From Phormidesmis sp. (GTDB taxonomy: Bacteria > Cyanobacteriota > Cyanobacteriia > Leptolyngbyales > Leptolyngbyaceae): 64,000 nt of DNA. Positions 48,097-58,788 of the stretch are shown piece after piece (within the stretch, counting starts at the first letter, position 1; every line of letters begins with the position of its first letter). Where the stretch lies: NCBI GenBank assembly GCA_965248535.1, contig CBDFJR010000002.1, forward strand, positions 992,001 to 1,056,000. Reading direction: 5' to 3'. Under the pieces are notes generated by a model. That model did not search any database. It saw nothing but the letters and a program-made list of their open reading frames with translations, and was not told where the DNA came from. Position numbers and translations under genes: made by a program.

Positions 48097-49518
48097 CTAC
48101 TCAGCTTCGATCGTGGTGGCTTCGACCTCGATCGCGTCGTCTGTCTCAACCTCGATCGCGTCATCTTCGAGAATCTCTTCCTCTTTTTTCAGGGTTCCTT
48201 CAGGTACTAGCTCGATCGTGTTGTGCTCTTCTAGCCAGGTGAGAATTTTTTCTTTGAGCAAGTCTTCAGCGACCGCAGTGCGGAGCCGATCGGAATCGAC
48301 CTCTCGCCCTTCTAGATCGGCCATGACTTCGAGCACCCGATCGTTGACTTCAGACTCGCTGGTAGTGAGTGACTCTCGCTTGGCAACTTCGCCTAGGGCT
48401 AGAGTGCGCTTGATGCGATCGATCGCGTCGGGGCGAGAGCGCTCTTTGAGCATCGGCAGCGTTTCTTGATTGAGCAAGCGCTTGATGTCGATGCCCTGGT
48501 TTTGAAGCTGCATCGCTGTCTGAGTGATCATAAACTCGACTTCGCGCTCTACGAGCGTTTCAGGAAGCTCGACTTCAACTTGAGTCAGCAACCCATCTAG
48601 AATTGCCTGCTCTTTGTTAGCTTTGGTTTTTTGCTCAGCTTCTTCGGTGAATCGCTTTTCTAGAGACTCGCGCAGATCGGCGATCGTTTGATAGTCTCCA
48701 CCGCTAGCATCTTGGGCAAAGTCGTCATCCAGATCGGGCAGTTCTTTGGCTTTTAATTCTTTTAGCGTCATGGTGAAGGTTGCAGGGCGACCCGCCAACT
48801 CTTCTTGAGGATAGTCGTCTGGGAAGTTAACCGACACTTCTTTAGTGTCTCCAGGATTCATCTCGACGATGCCATCGATAAAGCCAGGAATGAATTTTCC
48901 GTCATCTAGCTCGACCTGGAAATCTTGAGCCTGACCACCCGGAACGTCCTGTTCTTCAACGTCTTCACCCGCAGGCATAAAGCGCCCGTGATAGTCAACC
49001 ACCGCCGTATCGCCCTTTTGTGCAGCTCTGCCCTCAACCGGGACGAGCGTCGCCATCTGAGTCTGATAGTTGCCGAGGACTGTATCGACTTTGCCAGCTT
49101 CAGGCTCGACTGCTTCGGCTTGGACGCTTAAACCTGTGTATTGTTTCAGATCGACTTCTGGTTGAATATCCACTGCCGCCGAGAACGTGAGCGGATTGCC
49201 TGGCTCAAACTGAGTCACCAACTCCTCGAACGATGAGCGCAGTTGAAAGTTGCCGATCGCTTCAATTTTTTCCTGCTCTAGTGCTGCCTTGAGAGCCTTG
49301 TCTACAAGGTCTTCAACCGCTGCCGCTTTGATGCGAGTCGGGCCAAAGCGCTGAATCAGCACTTGACGAGGCACTTTTCCCTTGCGAAACCCAGGAATAT
49401 TGGTGGAGCGGGTGAAATCTTGTAGCACTCGCTCATAAGCCTGTTTAGACATCTCTGGCGTGATTTCAATTTCCAGACCAACCTGGCTGGCGGGAAGTTT
49501 TTCCTGGGTAACTTTCAT
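48097..49518 (-). CDS. tig: Trigger factor
   Basis: IPGFRKGKVP signature and FKBP domain; tig-clpP-clpX order. Confidence 0.97.
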   Translation of the reverse strand: MKVTQEKLPASQVGLEIEITPEMSKQAYERVLQDFTRSTNIPGFRKGKVPRQVLIQRFGPTRIKAAAVEDLVDKALKAALEQEKIEAIGNFQLRSSFEELVTQFEPGNPLTFSAAVDIQPEVDLKQYTGLSVQAEAVEPEAGKVDTVLGNYQTQMATLVPVEGRAAQKGDTAVVDYHGRFMPAGEDVEEQDVPGGQAQDFQVELDDGKFIPGFIDGIVEMNPGDTKEVSVNFPDDYPQEELAGRPATFTMTLKELKAKELPDLDDDFAQDASGGDYQTIADLRESLEKRFTEEAEQKTKANKEQAILDGLLTQVEVELPETLVEREVEFMITQTAMQLQNQGIDIKRLLNQETLPMLKERSRPDAIDRIKRTLALGEVAKRESLTTSESEVNDRVLEVMADLEGREVDSDRLRTAVAEDLLKEKILTWLEEHNTIELVPEGTLKKEEEILEDDAIEVETDDAIEVEATTIEAE

Positions 49519-49996
49519 GGGCGTATGAGTTGCAAACGATATGGGGTTGGGTGAGCGGGGCGAAGTCTAACGATCGTCGCTAAATCTTCTTCTCTCCAAA
49601 AATCTTCTGAGTTGAAAGGATCGAAATTCAACCCCCTGATTAAGAGACTTTGGGCACCGTTGACACCACCGCAGTTAGCCATAGTAACCGATTCTCGACC
49701 TGCTTAACTCAATTCTGTGGTTGAATCTTAAGAATCTGCTTAAGATAAATTGCGCGATCGAGTCCGCTTGAAAGGGTGAGCATTTTTAAGAAAATTAACG
49801 TCAATCTTTGGCAGAACTTTCCAAAATCACGATAGTCTCTAGGTGAAATCTCGAATTTGCTACTAGACCTTGCCAAGAGTTAGCAGCGATCGCCTGAGCG
49901 CGACTGAGATCTTCTATGTAAAGCTGCTTTTACATAAAACTGTACTAGTAAAGGTTTATTCTTAATTCAGAAAATAGCGTTTGGAGGAAACAAACT

Positions 49997-51037
49997 TTGG
50001 GTCAATCCTATCGAGTCGCCATTTTGGGGGCAACGGGTGCTGTGGGCACAGAACTGCTGGAGCTTTTGGAGAGCCGCCACTTTCCATTGGCCGATCTGAA
50101 GCTGCTGGCTTCTCCCCGATCGGCCGGAACGACCCTAGAGTTTCGAGGGGAAACACTGACGGTGGAAGCGGTTGAAGCTCACTCTTTTGATGGGGTTGAT
50201 ATTGTGCTGGCCTCGGCAGGCGGTTCTATTTCTAAAGCTTGGGCGAAGGCGGCGATCGCCGCTGGGGCAGTGATGATCGACAACTCCAGCGCCTTCCGCA
50301 TGGATGCTAACGTGCCGCTAATTGTGCCAGAAGTCAATCCTCAAGCCGCCGCCAGCCATCAGGGCTTGATCGCTAACCCCAACTGCACGACGATTTTAAT
50401 GTCGGTGGCGGTTTATCCCCTTCACCAGGTTCAGCCCATCCAGCGAATTGTTGCCTCAACTTACCAGTCAGCAAGTGGGGCGGGGGCACGAGCGATGGAA
50501 GAGGTCAAAATTCAAGCGCAGGCCATTCTCAACGGGCAAACGCCCCAACCAGAGATTTTTCCCTATCCGCTAGCCTTCAATCTGTTTCCCCACAACTCCC
50601 CGCTCAATGAGCAAGGCTATTGTGAAGAAGAAATGAAAATGGTCAACGAGACCCGCAAGATTTTTGGGGTCGATGACCTAAGAATTACGGCAACTTGTGT
50701 ACGGGTTCCCGTGCTACGCGCCCACTCAGAATCGATTAACCTAGAGTTTGAGAGTCCGTTTGACGTGGCAAAAGCTAGAGAGATTCTCAGCGCTGCGCCT
50801 GGGGTGAAGCTGGTTGAAGACTGGCAGGCAAATTACTTCCCGATGCCGATCGACGCAAGCGGCAAAGACGAGGTTCTGGTTGGCAGAATTCGTCAAGACC
50901 TTTCAAACCCCAATGGGCTAGAGTTATGGCTCTGCGGCGATCAAATCCGCAAAGGAGCCGCTCTCAACGCTATTCAGATTGCAGAACTACTGGTTGAGAA
51001 AAACCTATTAAAGCCTCAGATGGCAGCAACCGTTTAG
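49997..51037 (+). CDS. asd: Aspartate-semialdehyde dehydrogenase
   Basis: GATGAVG, ANPNCTT, CVRVPV, DQIRKGAALNA. Confidence 0.96.
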   Translation: MGQSYRVAILGATGAVGTELLELLESRHFPLADLKLLASPRSAGTTLEFRGETLTVEAVEAHSFDGVDIVLASAGGSISKAWAKAAIAAGAVMIDNSSAFRMDANVPLIVPEVNPQAAASHQGLIANPNCTTILMSVAVYPLHQVQPIQRIVASTYQSASGAGARAMEEVKIQAQAILNGQTPQPEIFPYPLAFNLFPHNSPLNEQGYCEEEMKMVNETRKIFGVDDLRITATCVRVPVLRAHSESINLEFESPFDVAKAREILSAAPGVKLVEDWQANYFPMPIDASGKDEVLVGRIRQDLSNPNGLELWLCGDQIRKGAALNAIQIAELLVEKNLLKPQMAATV

Positions 51038-51092
51038 AGTCTTGTCGAGACGCAGTACAAGACCGAAGATCTTTAAGGAGTGATAACCGAGT

Positions 51093-51980
51093 GTGGTGAA
51101 TTTTGGATGTGTTTTAACGGCAATGATTACGCCATTTAACCCAGATGGCACGGTCAACTACGCAGTGACCGAGAAACTAGCGGCTCATTTAACTGCCCAC
51201 GGCACCGATACACTGGTGGTTTGTGGCACGACGGGCGAGTCACCCACCTTAAGTTGGGATGAAGAATTTGAGCTATTTAGGGTGGTAAAGAGCGCGATCG
51301 CTGGGAATGCTAAAGTCATGGCAGGAACCGGGTCAAACTCGACGGCGGAGGCGATCGCAGCGACCCAAAAAGCCGCTAAAATGGGGCTAGACGGAAGTTT
51401 GCAAGTGGTTCCTTACTACAACAAGCCGCCTCAGTTGGGGCTTTATCACCACTTTAGAGCGATCGCTGAGTCTGCTGCCGATCTGCCGATCATGCTCTAC
51501 AATGTGCCTGGGCGCACCAGCCAAAACCTTTTGCCCGAAACCATTGCAAAACTGGCTGAAATCCCAAACGTCGTGGCCGTGAAGGAAGCCAGTGGAAATC
51601 TAGACCAGGTTAGCCAAATCAGGCAGTTGACACCTGCTGAGTTTGCCATCTACTCTGGAGACGATTCTCTAACGCTGCCAATATTGGCGATCGGGGGCAA
51701 AGGGGTCGTCAGTGTGGCGAGTCACTTGGTGGGTTCTCAACTTCAGCAAATGATTCAAGCCTTTGAAAGCGGTCAGGTGCAAGCAGCCACTCAGATTCAT
51801 CTCAAGCTCTTTTCACTGTTCAAGGCGTTGTTTATCACGACCAACCCGATTCCGGTCAAAGAAGCTTTAAAGCTGCAAGGGTGGGATGTTGGCTCCTTCC
51901 GTCTTCCTCTCTGCGATCCAGGTGAAGAAGTTCGCGCTATGCTAAAGACTGTGATGGCAGAGCTTAATCTTCTCAACTAG
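51093..51980 (+). CDS. dapA: 4-hydroxy-tetrahydrodipicolinate synthase
   Basis: [32 protein letters not shown]. Confidence 0.96.
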   Translation: MVNFGCVLTAMITPFNPDGTVNYAVTEKLAAHLTAHGTDTLVVCGTTGESPTLSWDEEFELFRVVKSAIAGNAKVMAGTGSNSTAEAIAATQKAAKMGLDGSLQVVPYYNKPPQLGLYHHFRAIAESAADLPIMLYNVPGRTSQNLLPETIAKLAEIPNVVAVKEASGNLDQVSQIRQLTPAEFAIYSGDDSLTLPILAIGGKGVVSVASHLVGSQLQQMIQAFESGQVQAATQIHLKLFSLFKALFITTNPIPVKEALKLQGWDVGSFRLPLCDPGEEVRAMLKTVMAELNLLN

Positions 51981-52299
51981 CTCCCAAAAGTTTTCCGAAA
52001 ACTGAATAGTCTACTAGCGGTGCTGAGATTGAGTCCTAGAGTCTCCTCAGTGATTCCGATGTTCACCATTAGACCTTGACTTTGATTGACTGGCTCGATC
52101 ATAAAGATCTACAGGTCACGCTTCAAAGCCTTGAACTGTCTGCCGATCAGTGCCTCTCACTAAACTCTTTACTCTTTTAACCGACCTCACCATGCACTGA
52201 ATTCTTCTCTCTCATTAAACTTTCCTCCTTCGTAATTTGCAAAACCTAACTGTCAATCCATTGAAAACTAATCTTCCAAAACCCACTACAAAGACCCAA

Positions 52300-54063
52300 A
52301 TGACCCAAACCAGTTCTGCTGAAGCGTTGAAAATTATTCCCCTCGGTGGGCTACACGAAATTGGTAAAAATACCTGCGTGTTTGAATACGGTGATGAAAT
52401 CATCCTGCTGGATGCCGGGTTAGCCTTTCCGACCGATGGAATGCACGGCGTTAATATCGTGTTGCCCGACATGACCTATCTGCGCGAAAATCGCCACAAA
52501 ATCAAGGGCATGATCGTCACCCACGGGCACGAAGACCACATTGGCGGCATTCCCTTCCACCTCAAGCAGTTTGACATTCCAGTCATCTACGGGCCGCGCT
52601 TGGCGATGGCGCTGTTAGAAGGCAAGCTAGAAGAAGCGGGCGTGGCTGACCGCACCGAAATCCGCACCGTTCGCCCTCGCGATATTGTCAGAATTGGCTC
52701 TTATTTCTTCGTCGAGTTTATTCGCAACACTCACTCGATCGCTGACAGTTTCACGGTGGCCATTCACACTCCAGTAGGGATTGTCATTCACACAGGTGAC
52801 TTCAAATTTGACCACACTCCCGTCGATGGCGAGTTCTTTGACTTTCAGAAGCTAGCAGAATACGGCGAGAAAGGCGTTCACTGTCTGATCAGCGACTCAA
52901 CTAACTCAGAGGTTCCTGGCTTTACGCCCTCTGAGCGCGCAGTGTTTCCTAACCTCGATCGCATTTTTAGCCAAGCTCAAGGACGTTTGCTCGTCACCAC
53001 CTTTGCGTCGTCAGTGCACCGGATCAATATGATCTTGGAATTGGCGAAAAAGCACAACCGAGTTGTGTCAGTGATTGGGCGCTCAATGCTCAACGTGATC
53101 GCCCACGCTCGTAATTTGGGCTATATCAAGTGCGAAGATGATCTGCTGCAACCGTTGCATATGACCCACAAGCTGCCCGACAGCAGCGTGCTGATCCTGA
53201 CCACTGGGTCACAGGGTGAGCCAATGTCTGCCATGACTCGGATTGCCAACGGAGAGCACCGTCAAGTCAAAGCCAGACAGGGCGACACGATCGTGTTCTC
53301 GGCCAACCCGATTCCGGGCAACACGATCGCGGTGGTCAACACGATCGACAAACTGATGATGCAAGGAGCCAAAGTCGTCTACGGCAAAGACCAAGGCATC
53401 CACGTTTCGGGTCACGGCTGTCAAGAAGACCAGAAGCTGATGATTGGGTTGACTCGTCCCCGGTTCTTCTTGCCCGTTCACGGTGAGCATCGAATGTTGG
53501 TCAAACACTCTCAGACGGCTCAGAGCACAGGCATTCCGGCTGAGAATATGGTGATTATCGATAACGGAGACGTGATCGAATTGGGCAAAGACTCCCTGCG
53601 CAAGGTTGGCAAGGTGCCCGCCGGAATCGAGCTTGTAGACACCTCTCGCTCTGGCATGGTCAATGACAAAGTGTTGAAAGAGCGGCAGCAGTTGGCAGGC
53701 GATGGCATTGTGACGATCGCTGCCACCATCGACGGAGATGGTCATCTGTTTTCAAAGCCAGAAGTGCATTTGCGCGGTGTTGTGTCTGCGATCGAGCGCC
53801 CGGTTTTGCAGTCAAAAGCTGAAGCCGCGATCGAGGCTGTGTTGCGCGATCGCTGGAAGGAGTTTACCCGCGAGTTAGAAGGTCAGATCGAAACCGATTG
53901 GGCGGGCTTGCAGGTGCAGATCGAGCGTGAGCTACACCGATTGCTGAAGCGTGAGTTGCAGAGCAATCCGCTCTTGGTGTTTTTGATGCAAAATCCTGAG
54001 CCTGCGGAGGTCAAATCGACGGCTCCGACTCGGCAACGAGCAGCCGTAAAGGTTGCGTCTTAG
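52300..54063 (+). CDS. rnj: Ribonuclease J
   Basis: LGGLHEIGKN, THGHEDHIGG, HTGDFK, HVSGH. Confidence 0.96.
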   Translation: MTQTSSAEALKIIPLGGLHEIGKNTCVFEYGDEIILLDAGLAFPTDGMHGVNIVLPDMTYLRENRHKIKGMIVTHGHEDHIGGIPFHLKQFDIPVIYGPRLAMALLEGKLEEAGVADRTEIRTVRPRDIVRIGSYFFVEFIRNTHSIADSFTVAIHTPVGIVIHTGDFKFDHTPVDGEFFDFQKLAEYGEKGVHCLISDSTNSEVPGFTPSERAVFPNLDRIFSQAQGRLLVTTFASSVHRINMILELAKKHNRVVSVIGRSMLNVIAHARNLGYIKCEDDLLQPLHMTHKLPDSSVLILTTGSQGEPMSAMTRIANGEHRQVKARQGDTIVFSANPIPGNTIAVVNTIDKLMMQGAKVVYGKDQGIHVSGHGCQEDQKLMIGLTRPRFFLPVHGEHRMLVKHSQTAQSTGIPAENMVIIDNGDVIELGKDSLRKVGKVPAGIELVDTSRSGMVNDKVLKERQQLAGDGIVTIAATIDGDGHLFSKPEVHLRGVVSAIERPVLQSKAEAAIEAVLRDRWKEFTRELEGQIETDWAGLQVQIERELHRLLKRELQSNPLLVFLMQNPEPAEVKSTAPTRQRAAVKVAS

Positions 54064-54129
54064 GAGTTCCATAAACTGAAAAAAGCCCTGGCCACCTGGC
54101 TAGGGCTTTTCTGTAGACACAAAGAAACT

Positions 54130-54477
54130 TTATTCTTTACCCGTCACTTTCTCGATCAACTCTTTAGCGCCTTCAACCACTGGGTTATCGCTGGGGTGTT
54201 CTTCTTTGAAAGTTTCTAAATCCTTTTCATACTCTTTTTCTACGCCGTTTGACTTCTTGGCAGTGTCGATCGCTTCTTCATAAGCCGCTTCACGGTTGGT
54301 TGCCGTTTGCGGCTCGTCTAAAACAAATGGCTGCTCTTTCACGGGTTGCTTTAAGATGTCTGCGTAGCTAGGCTGCTCGGCGACAAAGAATCCAGAAGTG
54401 TAGATGAGACTCACCAGCCCCACCAGCACCATCGTTTTATAAACGGTTTGTTTCAGCGTTAAAAAAACCTGTCTCAT
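54130..54477 (-). CDS. Small membrane-anchored/secreted hypothetical protein
   Basis: N-terminal hydrophobic segment and charged C-terminus. Confidence 0.65.
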   Translation of the reverse strand: MRQVFLTLKQTVYKTMVLVGLVSLIYTSGFFVAEQPSYADILKQPVKEQPFVLDEPQTATNREAAYEEAIDTAKKSNGVEKEYEKDLETFKEEHPSDNPVVEGAKELIEKVTGKE

Positions 54478-54710
54478 AAAAAATTCCTCTCTACGAATGT
54501 TTGTCACTCACGGTTTGCGATGTGAACTTGACCCGTAATTTAAACTCAAATCCTATTTAATCCCTCTATCAGAGGAACGATTTAGCAATTGTCAGGAATT
54601 TTTGATAGTTGAGAGCAACGATCGTCCCCGTTTGATCTCTAAAATATTCAGAGGCAGTCCAATAATTGTTTGCGGCTGCTGCCTTGATCTATCCGCCGGA
54701 ATGATTTTTC

Positions 54711-54724
54711 GTAACCGAAGATAC
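54711..54724. promoter_or_regulatory. Putative NtcA site GTA-N8-TAC upstream of argZ/agrE
   Basis: GTAACCGAAGATAC, 75 nt before the ATG; no ideally spaced -10 box seen. Confidence 0.45.
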
Positions 54725-54798
54725 AACCATTAGCGCCAATTTCTCATTCACTAGGCTGATTGGTCGCGTCTAATTCCCCTCACAACCCCGATTTTTCT

Positions 54799-56907
54799 AT
54801 GACTTCCTCGCTTCGATTTCTCATGTGTCCCCCTGATCACTACGATGTGGATTATGTCATCAATCCTTGGATGGAGGGCAACATCCACAAGTCGTCGCGC
54901 GATCGGGCGGTTGAGCAGTGGCAAAAGTTGCACAACGTGATTCAACAGCACGCAGTGGTCAACCTGGTCAGCCCCCAAAAGGGGATTCCAGATATGGTCT
55001 TCACCGCCAATGCAGGCTTAGTCTTAGGCAAGACGGTTGTTTTGAGCCGCTTTTTTCACAAAGAGAGACAGGGAGAAGAACCCTTCTTTAAAGCGTGGTT
55101 TGAGGAGAATGACTACACCGTTCACGAATTGCCCAAAGATCTGCCGTTTGAAGGGGCAGGCGATGCTTTGCTCGATCGAGAAGGTCGCTGGCTCTGGGCA
55201 GGCTATGGTTTTCGGTCTGAGTTAGATTCGCATCCCTATCTGGCAAAGTGGCTAGATATTGAAGTTCTATCGCTGCGGCTGATGGATGAGCGGTTTTATC
55301 ATTTAGACACCTGCTTTTGCCCCCTGAGCAATGGCTATCTGCTCTACTATCCGCCTGCGTTTGATGCTTACTCCAATCGCTTGATTGAGATGCGCGTCCC
55401 GGAAGCCAAGCGGATTGCGATCGCCGAACCTGATGCGGTCACCTTTGCCTGCAACGCGGTCAACATTGAAGAAATTGTGATTCTCAATCAGGCCAGTGAT
55501 GACCTCAAACGCAAGCTGTCTAAAGTAGGGTTTCGCGTGATTGAAACTCCGCTCACAGAGTTTCTCAAAGCGGGGGGTGCGTCTAAATGTCTAACGCTGC
55601 GGGTCACAGAGCCAGTGCGCGTCGAGCTTCATGCTAGTGCGGCGATCGAGAGTCGCGTCATGCGGCTAGAAGGGCATTTGCTCGATTCGGGGTTGATCAA
55701 CCAAGCGCTAGATGTAGTGGTCGAAGCGGGCGGCAGCTTTCAGGTGCTCAATTTTCATCTCGGTGAGCAGCGGCAAAGCACCTCGTCGGCTGAGGTGAAG
55801 GTAACGGCTCCGTCTCACGCGATCATGGAAACGATCATGAGCCAGTGGATCGATCTCGGAGCGCTGCCGCCGCCCCAAGAAATTTGTGACTGTGAGTTAG
55901 AAACCGTGATTCAGACGGGCGTTGCCCCCGATGATTTCTATGTGACTACAATTTATCCGACTGAGGTGCGGGTGCAGGGGCTGTGGCTGAAAGTGCAGAA
56001 ACAGCGCATGGATGCCGCGATCGTGCTCCCAAAAGATGACAGTGCGCCTGTCTGCAAGCTATTGCGAGATGTGGAAACGGGCGATCGTGTGGTCGTGGGC
56101 GTAGACGGCATTCGCACGGTTCGCAAAACTGAGTCGCGTGAGCAGCGCAACACCCAAGAGTTTAGCTTCATGGGGGCGGGCGTTTCGAGTGAGCGGCGCG
56201 TTGAGTTAGTGGTTGAGCAAATCGCCTGGGAACTGCGAAAGATTCGCGATCACGGCGGCAAGGTGGTGGTGACGGCGGGCCCGGTGGTGATTCACACGGG
56301 CGGCGGTGAGCATCTGGCGCACCTAGTGAGAGAAGGCTATGTGCAGGCGCTGCTGGGCGGAAACGCGATCGCCGTTCACGACATGGAGCAGTCTTTGATG
56401 GGCACATCGCTGGGCATGGATATGAAGCGAGGCGTGTCAGTCAGAGGCGGGCATCGTCATCATCTCAAGGTGATCAACTTGGTTCGTCGGCACGGCAGCA
56501 TTGCAGAAACGGTGAAAAGTGGCGTTCTGACCAGCGGCATTCTCTATGAATGCGTCAAGCACAAAGTGCCCTTCTCGCTAGCTGGCTCGATTCGCGATGA
56601 TGGCCCGTTGCCAGATACGCAAATGGATCTGGTTAAAGCCCAAGAGGACTATAGCCGCCTGATTGAAGGGGCAGATATGATCCTGATGCTGTCATCAATG
56701 CTGCACTCGATCGGGGTGGGCAATATGACTCCATCGGGGGTCAAAATGGTGTGTGTGGATATCAACCCGGCCGTGGTGACGAAGTTGAGCGATCGTGGCT
56801 CGGTGGAGTCAGTTGGGGTAGTGACTGACGTAGGGTTGTTCCTGAGTTTGTTGGTGCAGCAGTTAGATAAGCTGACGCATCCCTATCCGATGGCTTCGGT
56901 GGGCTGA
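54799..56907 (+). CDS. argZ: Bifunctional arginine dihydrolase / ornithine cyclodeaminase (ArgZ/AgrE)
   Basis: Amidinotransferase N-domain (YVINPWM, DMVFTANAG, FEGAGD, YHLDTC, KCLTL) fused to a C-terminal domain with LAGSIRDDGPLPD. Confidence 0.88.
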   Translation: MTSSLRFLMCPPDHYDVDYVINPWMEGNIHKSSRDRAVEQWQKLHNVIQQHAVVNLVSPQKGIPDMVFTANAGLVLGKTVVLSRFFHKERQGEEPFFKAWFEENDYTVHELPKDLPFEGAGDALLDREGRWLWAGYGFRSELDSHPYLAKWLDIEVLSLRLMDERFYHLDTCFCPLSNGYLLYYPPAFDAYSNRLIEMRVPEAKRIAIAEPDAVTFACNAVNIEEIVILNQASDDLKRKLSKVGFRVIETPLTEFLKAGGASKCLTLRVTEPVRVELHASAAIESRVMRLEGHLLDSGLINQALDVVVEAGGSFQVLNFHLGEQRQSTSSAEVKVTAPSHAIMETIMSQWIDLGALPPPQEICDCELETVIQTGVAPDDFYVTTIYPTEVRVQGLWLKVQKQRMDAAIVLPKDDSAPVCKLLRDVETGDRVVVGVDGIRTVRKTESREQRNTQEFSFMGAGVSSERRVELVVEQIAWELRKIRDHGGKVVVTAGPVVIHTGGGEHLAHLVREGYVQALLGGNAIAVHDMEQSLMGTSLGMDMKRGVSVRGGHRHHLKVINLVRRHGSIAETVKSGVLTSGILYECVKHKVPFSLAGSIRDDGPLPDTQMDLVKAQEDYSRLIEGADMILMLSSMLHSIGVGNMTPSGVKMVCVDINPAVVTKLSDRGSVESVGVVTDVGLFLSLLVQQLDKLTHPYPMASVG

Positions 56908-56908
56908 G

Positions 56909-57124
56909 GATCGTGGGTTAAACGCTGTCGGGGAGTGGCATGGTTACTGGGCACGGCAGTGCCGTGCCCTTACGGCGATCGTGGATTAAACGCTGTCAGG
57001 GAGTGGCATGGTTATTGGGCACGGCAGTGCCGTGCCCTTACGGCGATCGATCGTGGATTAAATTCTGTCGGGGAGTGGCATGGTTACAGGGCACGGCAGT
57101 GCCGTGCCCTTACGGCGATCGATC
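56909..57124. repeat. Three tandem ~68-72-bp units, each with a REP-like hairpin GGGCACGGCAGTGCCGTGCCCTTAC
   Basis: Units start at 56909, 56977 and 57049, are near-identical and are joined at GATCG. Confidence 0.9.
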
Positions 57125-57149
57125 AGGGGTTCTGCTGCCTTCTGTAGAG

Positions 57150-57503
57150 CTATTTGGTTTTGTTTAATCCATTATTCTTGAGCAGGGCGGCACAGGCTTG
57201 AACGAGTTGTCTGAGAGTTTCTGGCATTGGTTTGCCTGCATCAAGATCGGTGCTGAGGGTTGTAAATTCCTTTAGGGTATATTGCTCTTGAATTCCTTCG
57301 ATCGAGCAGGTGCAGACCGATTTCATCGTTTCAGGATCATTCGTTTTGCCGCCGCCCGCCGTGCAAGCATCAACAAAAGTTTTTACGAGCACTTCAGGAT
57401 AGACGTGTTCGCTCTGATCGGTCTGCTGCGCCTGCCCCGGAGATGAGACAACCAAAATAGATAAACCCGCGCTGAGAGCTAGGAAGATGGAACGCGATCG
57501 CAT
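57150..57503 (-). CDS. Secreted hypothetical protein with four Cys
   Basis: Signal peptide ending GQA; FVDAC...CTC...QAC. Confidence 0.7.
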   Translation of the reverse strand: MRSRSIFLALSAGLSILVVSSPGQAQQTDQSEHVYPEVLVKTFVDACTAGGGKTNDPETMKSVCTCSIEGIQEQYTLKEFTTLSTDLDAGKPMPETLRQLVQACAALLKNNGLNKTK

Positions 57504-57584
57504 AGTGAAATTCTCAAAAAAGAGCTGGATTTTTTCTTTTTATACCAATTTTGGATGCGATTGCGACTGATCGTTCAATCCGAC

Positions 57585-57641
57585 GGGGCACGGCAATGCC
57601 ATGCCCCTACGATTTTTGTACGGGCATGGCACTGCCGTGCC
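57585..57641. repeat. Inverted pair of REP-like palindromes
   Basis: GGGGCACGGCAATGCCATGCCCCTAC...GTACGGGCATGGCACTGCCGTGCCC; same family as 56909-57124. Confidence 0.75.
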
Positions 57642-57775
57642 CTCTTGCGGATCTGTCGCATTCACAAATCAAATTGGCATCACATTCTAGCGCTGGCCTC
57701 TAGATAGGCTCAAAAACTCTTTAAAATCCTTCAAAATCAGGCTGCTAAACTCAAGAGACGTAAATCACGGGATCT

Positions 57776-58768
57776 ATGGATATTTCTGAATTTGTGCCTA
57801 TTTTAGCAACCGCGATCGCCACATCTACGCCCCTCGTGCTGGCTTGTCTGGGTGAAACCATCACCGAACGCGCCGGAGTCATCAATCTCTCGGCCGAAGG
57901 CACAATTTTGCTAGGAGCGATGACGAGCTTTGCGATCGCCAAAACTCTCGAAGGATCGGGAACAGTGCCCAGTCTATTAGCCGGATTTGCTGGAGCCGCT
58001 TTGGTCGGAGCCGCGATCGCGCTGATCGTCGCTTTCGGAACGCTAACTCTCAAACAATCCCAAGTGGCGATCGGGTTTGTGTTGGCCTTGTTAGGCGCAA
58101 ATTTATCATCGTTTTTGGGCAACTCTTTTGTGAGAATTCCCGGCCCGACGGTGCCCAGTTTTAAGATTCCTGGGCTGGAGTCAATTCCGTTTGTCGGCAG
58201 TCTGCTGTTTCAAAGCGATCTGCTGGTCTATCTGAGCTATGGCGCGATCGCGCTGGTGTGGGTCTACTTCTATCGGACTCGTGCAGGTCTGATGCTGAGA
58301 GCGATCGGAGAACAGCCCAACGCCGCCTTTGCGCGAGGAACCAATGTCGTCAAGATGCGCTATGTCTACACGCTGATCGGTGGAGCCATGATGGGAATCG
58401 CCGGAGCCGCTTTTTCTCTAGATTTCAAGGCGGGCTGGAGTCATATGCACACGGCTGGCTATGGCTGGATTGCCTTAGCGATCGTGATTTTTGGCGGCTG
58501 GAATCCGCTGCGGGTGGCGTTAAGCTGTTATTTGTTTGGCATTCTCCAATCTTTGGCTAGCGTTGCTCAAAGCACGATTCCTGCCGTTCCGAGTCAGGTG
58601 TTTAACGTCGCTCCTTTCATGTTGATGATTTTATTATTGGTGCTGACTTCTAGCGAATGGGTCGAGCGATTATTAAAGCTATTGCCTTCACCGATCGATC
58701 GAGCAGCATCAGAATTGATTCGCAGTACGCCACCTGCTGCATTAGGCAAAGTGTTTGAACAAGATTAA
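57776..58768 (+). CDS. ABC transporter permease (nucleoside/sugar type)
   Basis: GETITERAGVINLSAEG, LRAIGEQP, GWIALAIVIFGGWNP. Confidence 0.88.
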   Translation: MDISEFVPILATAIATSTPLVLACLGETITERAGVINLSAEGTILLGAMTSFAIAKTLEGSGTVPSLLAGFAGAALVGAAIALIVAFGTLTLKQSQVAIGFVLALLGANLSSFLGNSFVRIPGPTVPSFKIPGLESIPFVGSLLFQSDLLVYLSYGAIALVWVYFYRTRAGLMLRAIGEQPNAAFARGTNVVKMRYVYTLIGGAMMGIAGAAFSLDFKAGWSHMHTAGYGWIALAIVIFGGWNPLRVALSCYLFGILQSLASVAQSTIPAVPSQVFNVAPFMLMILLLVLTSSEWVERLLKLLPSPIDRAASELIRSTPPAALGKVFEQD

Positions 58769-58788
58769 TAGCACCGATCAAAATCGTG

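Noticed and set aside
56909..57124. CRISPR array
   Set aside because: The sequences between hairpins are near-identical rather than unique spacers, and no cas genes are present
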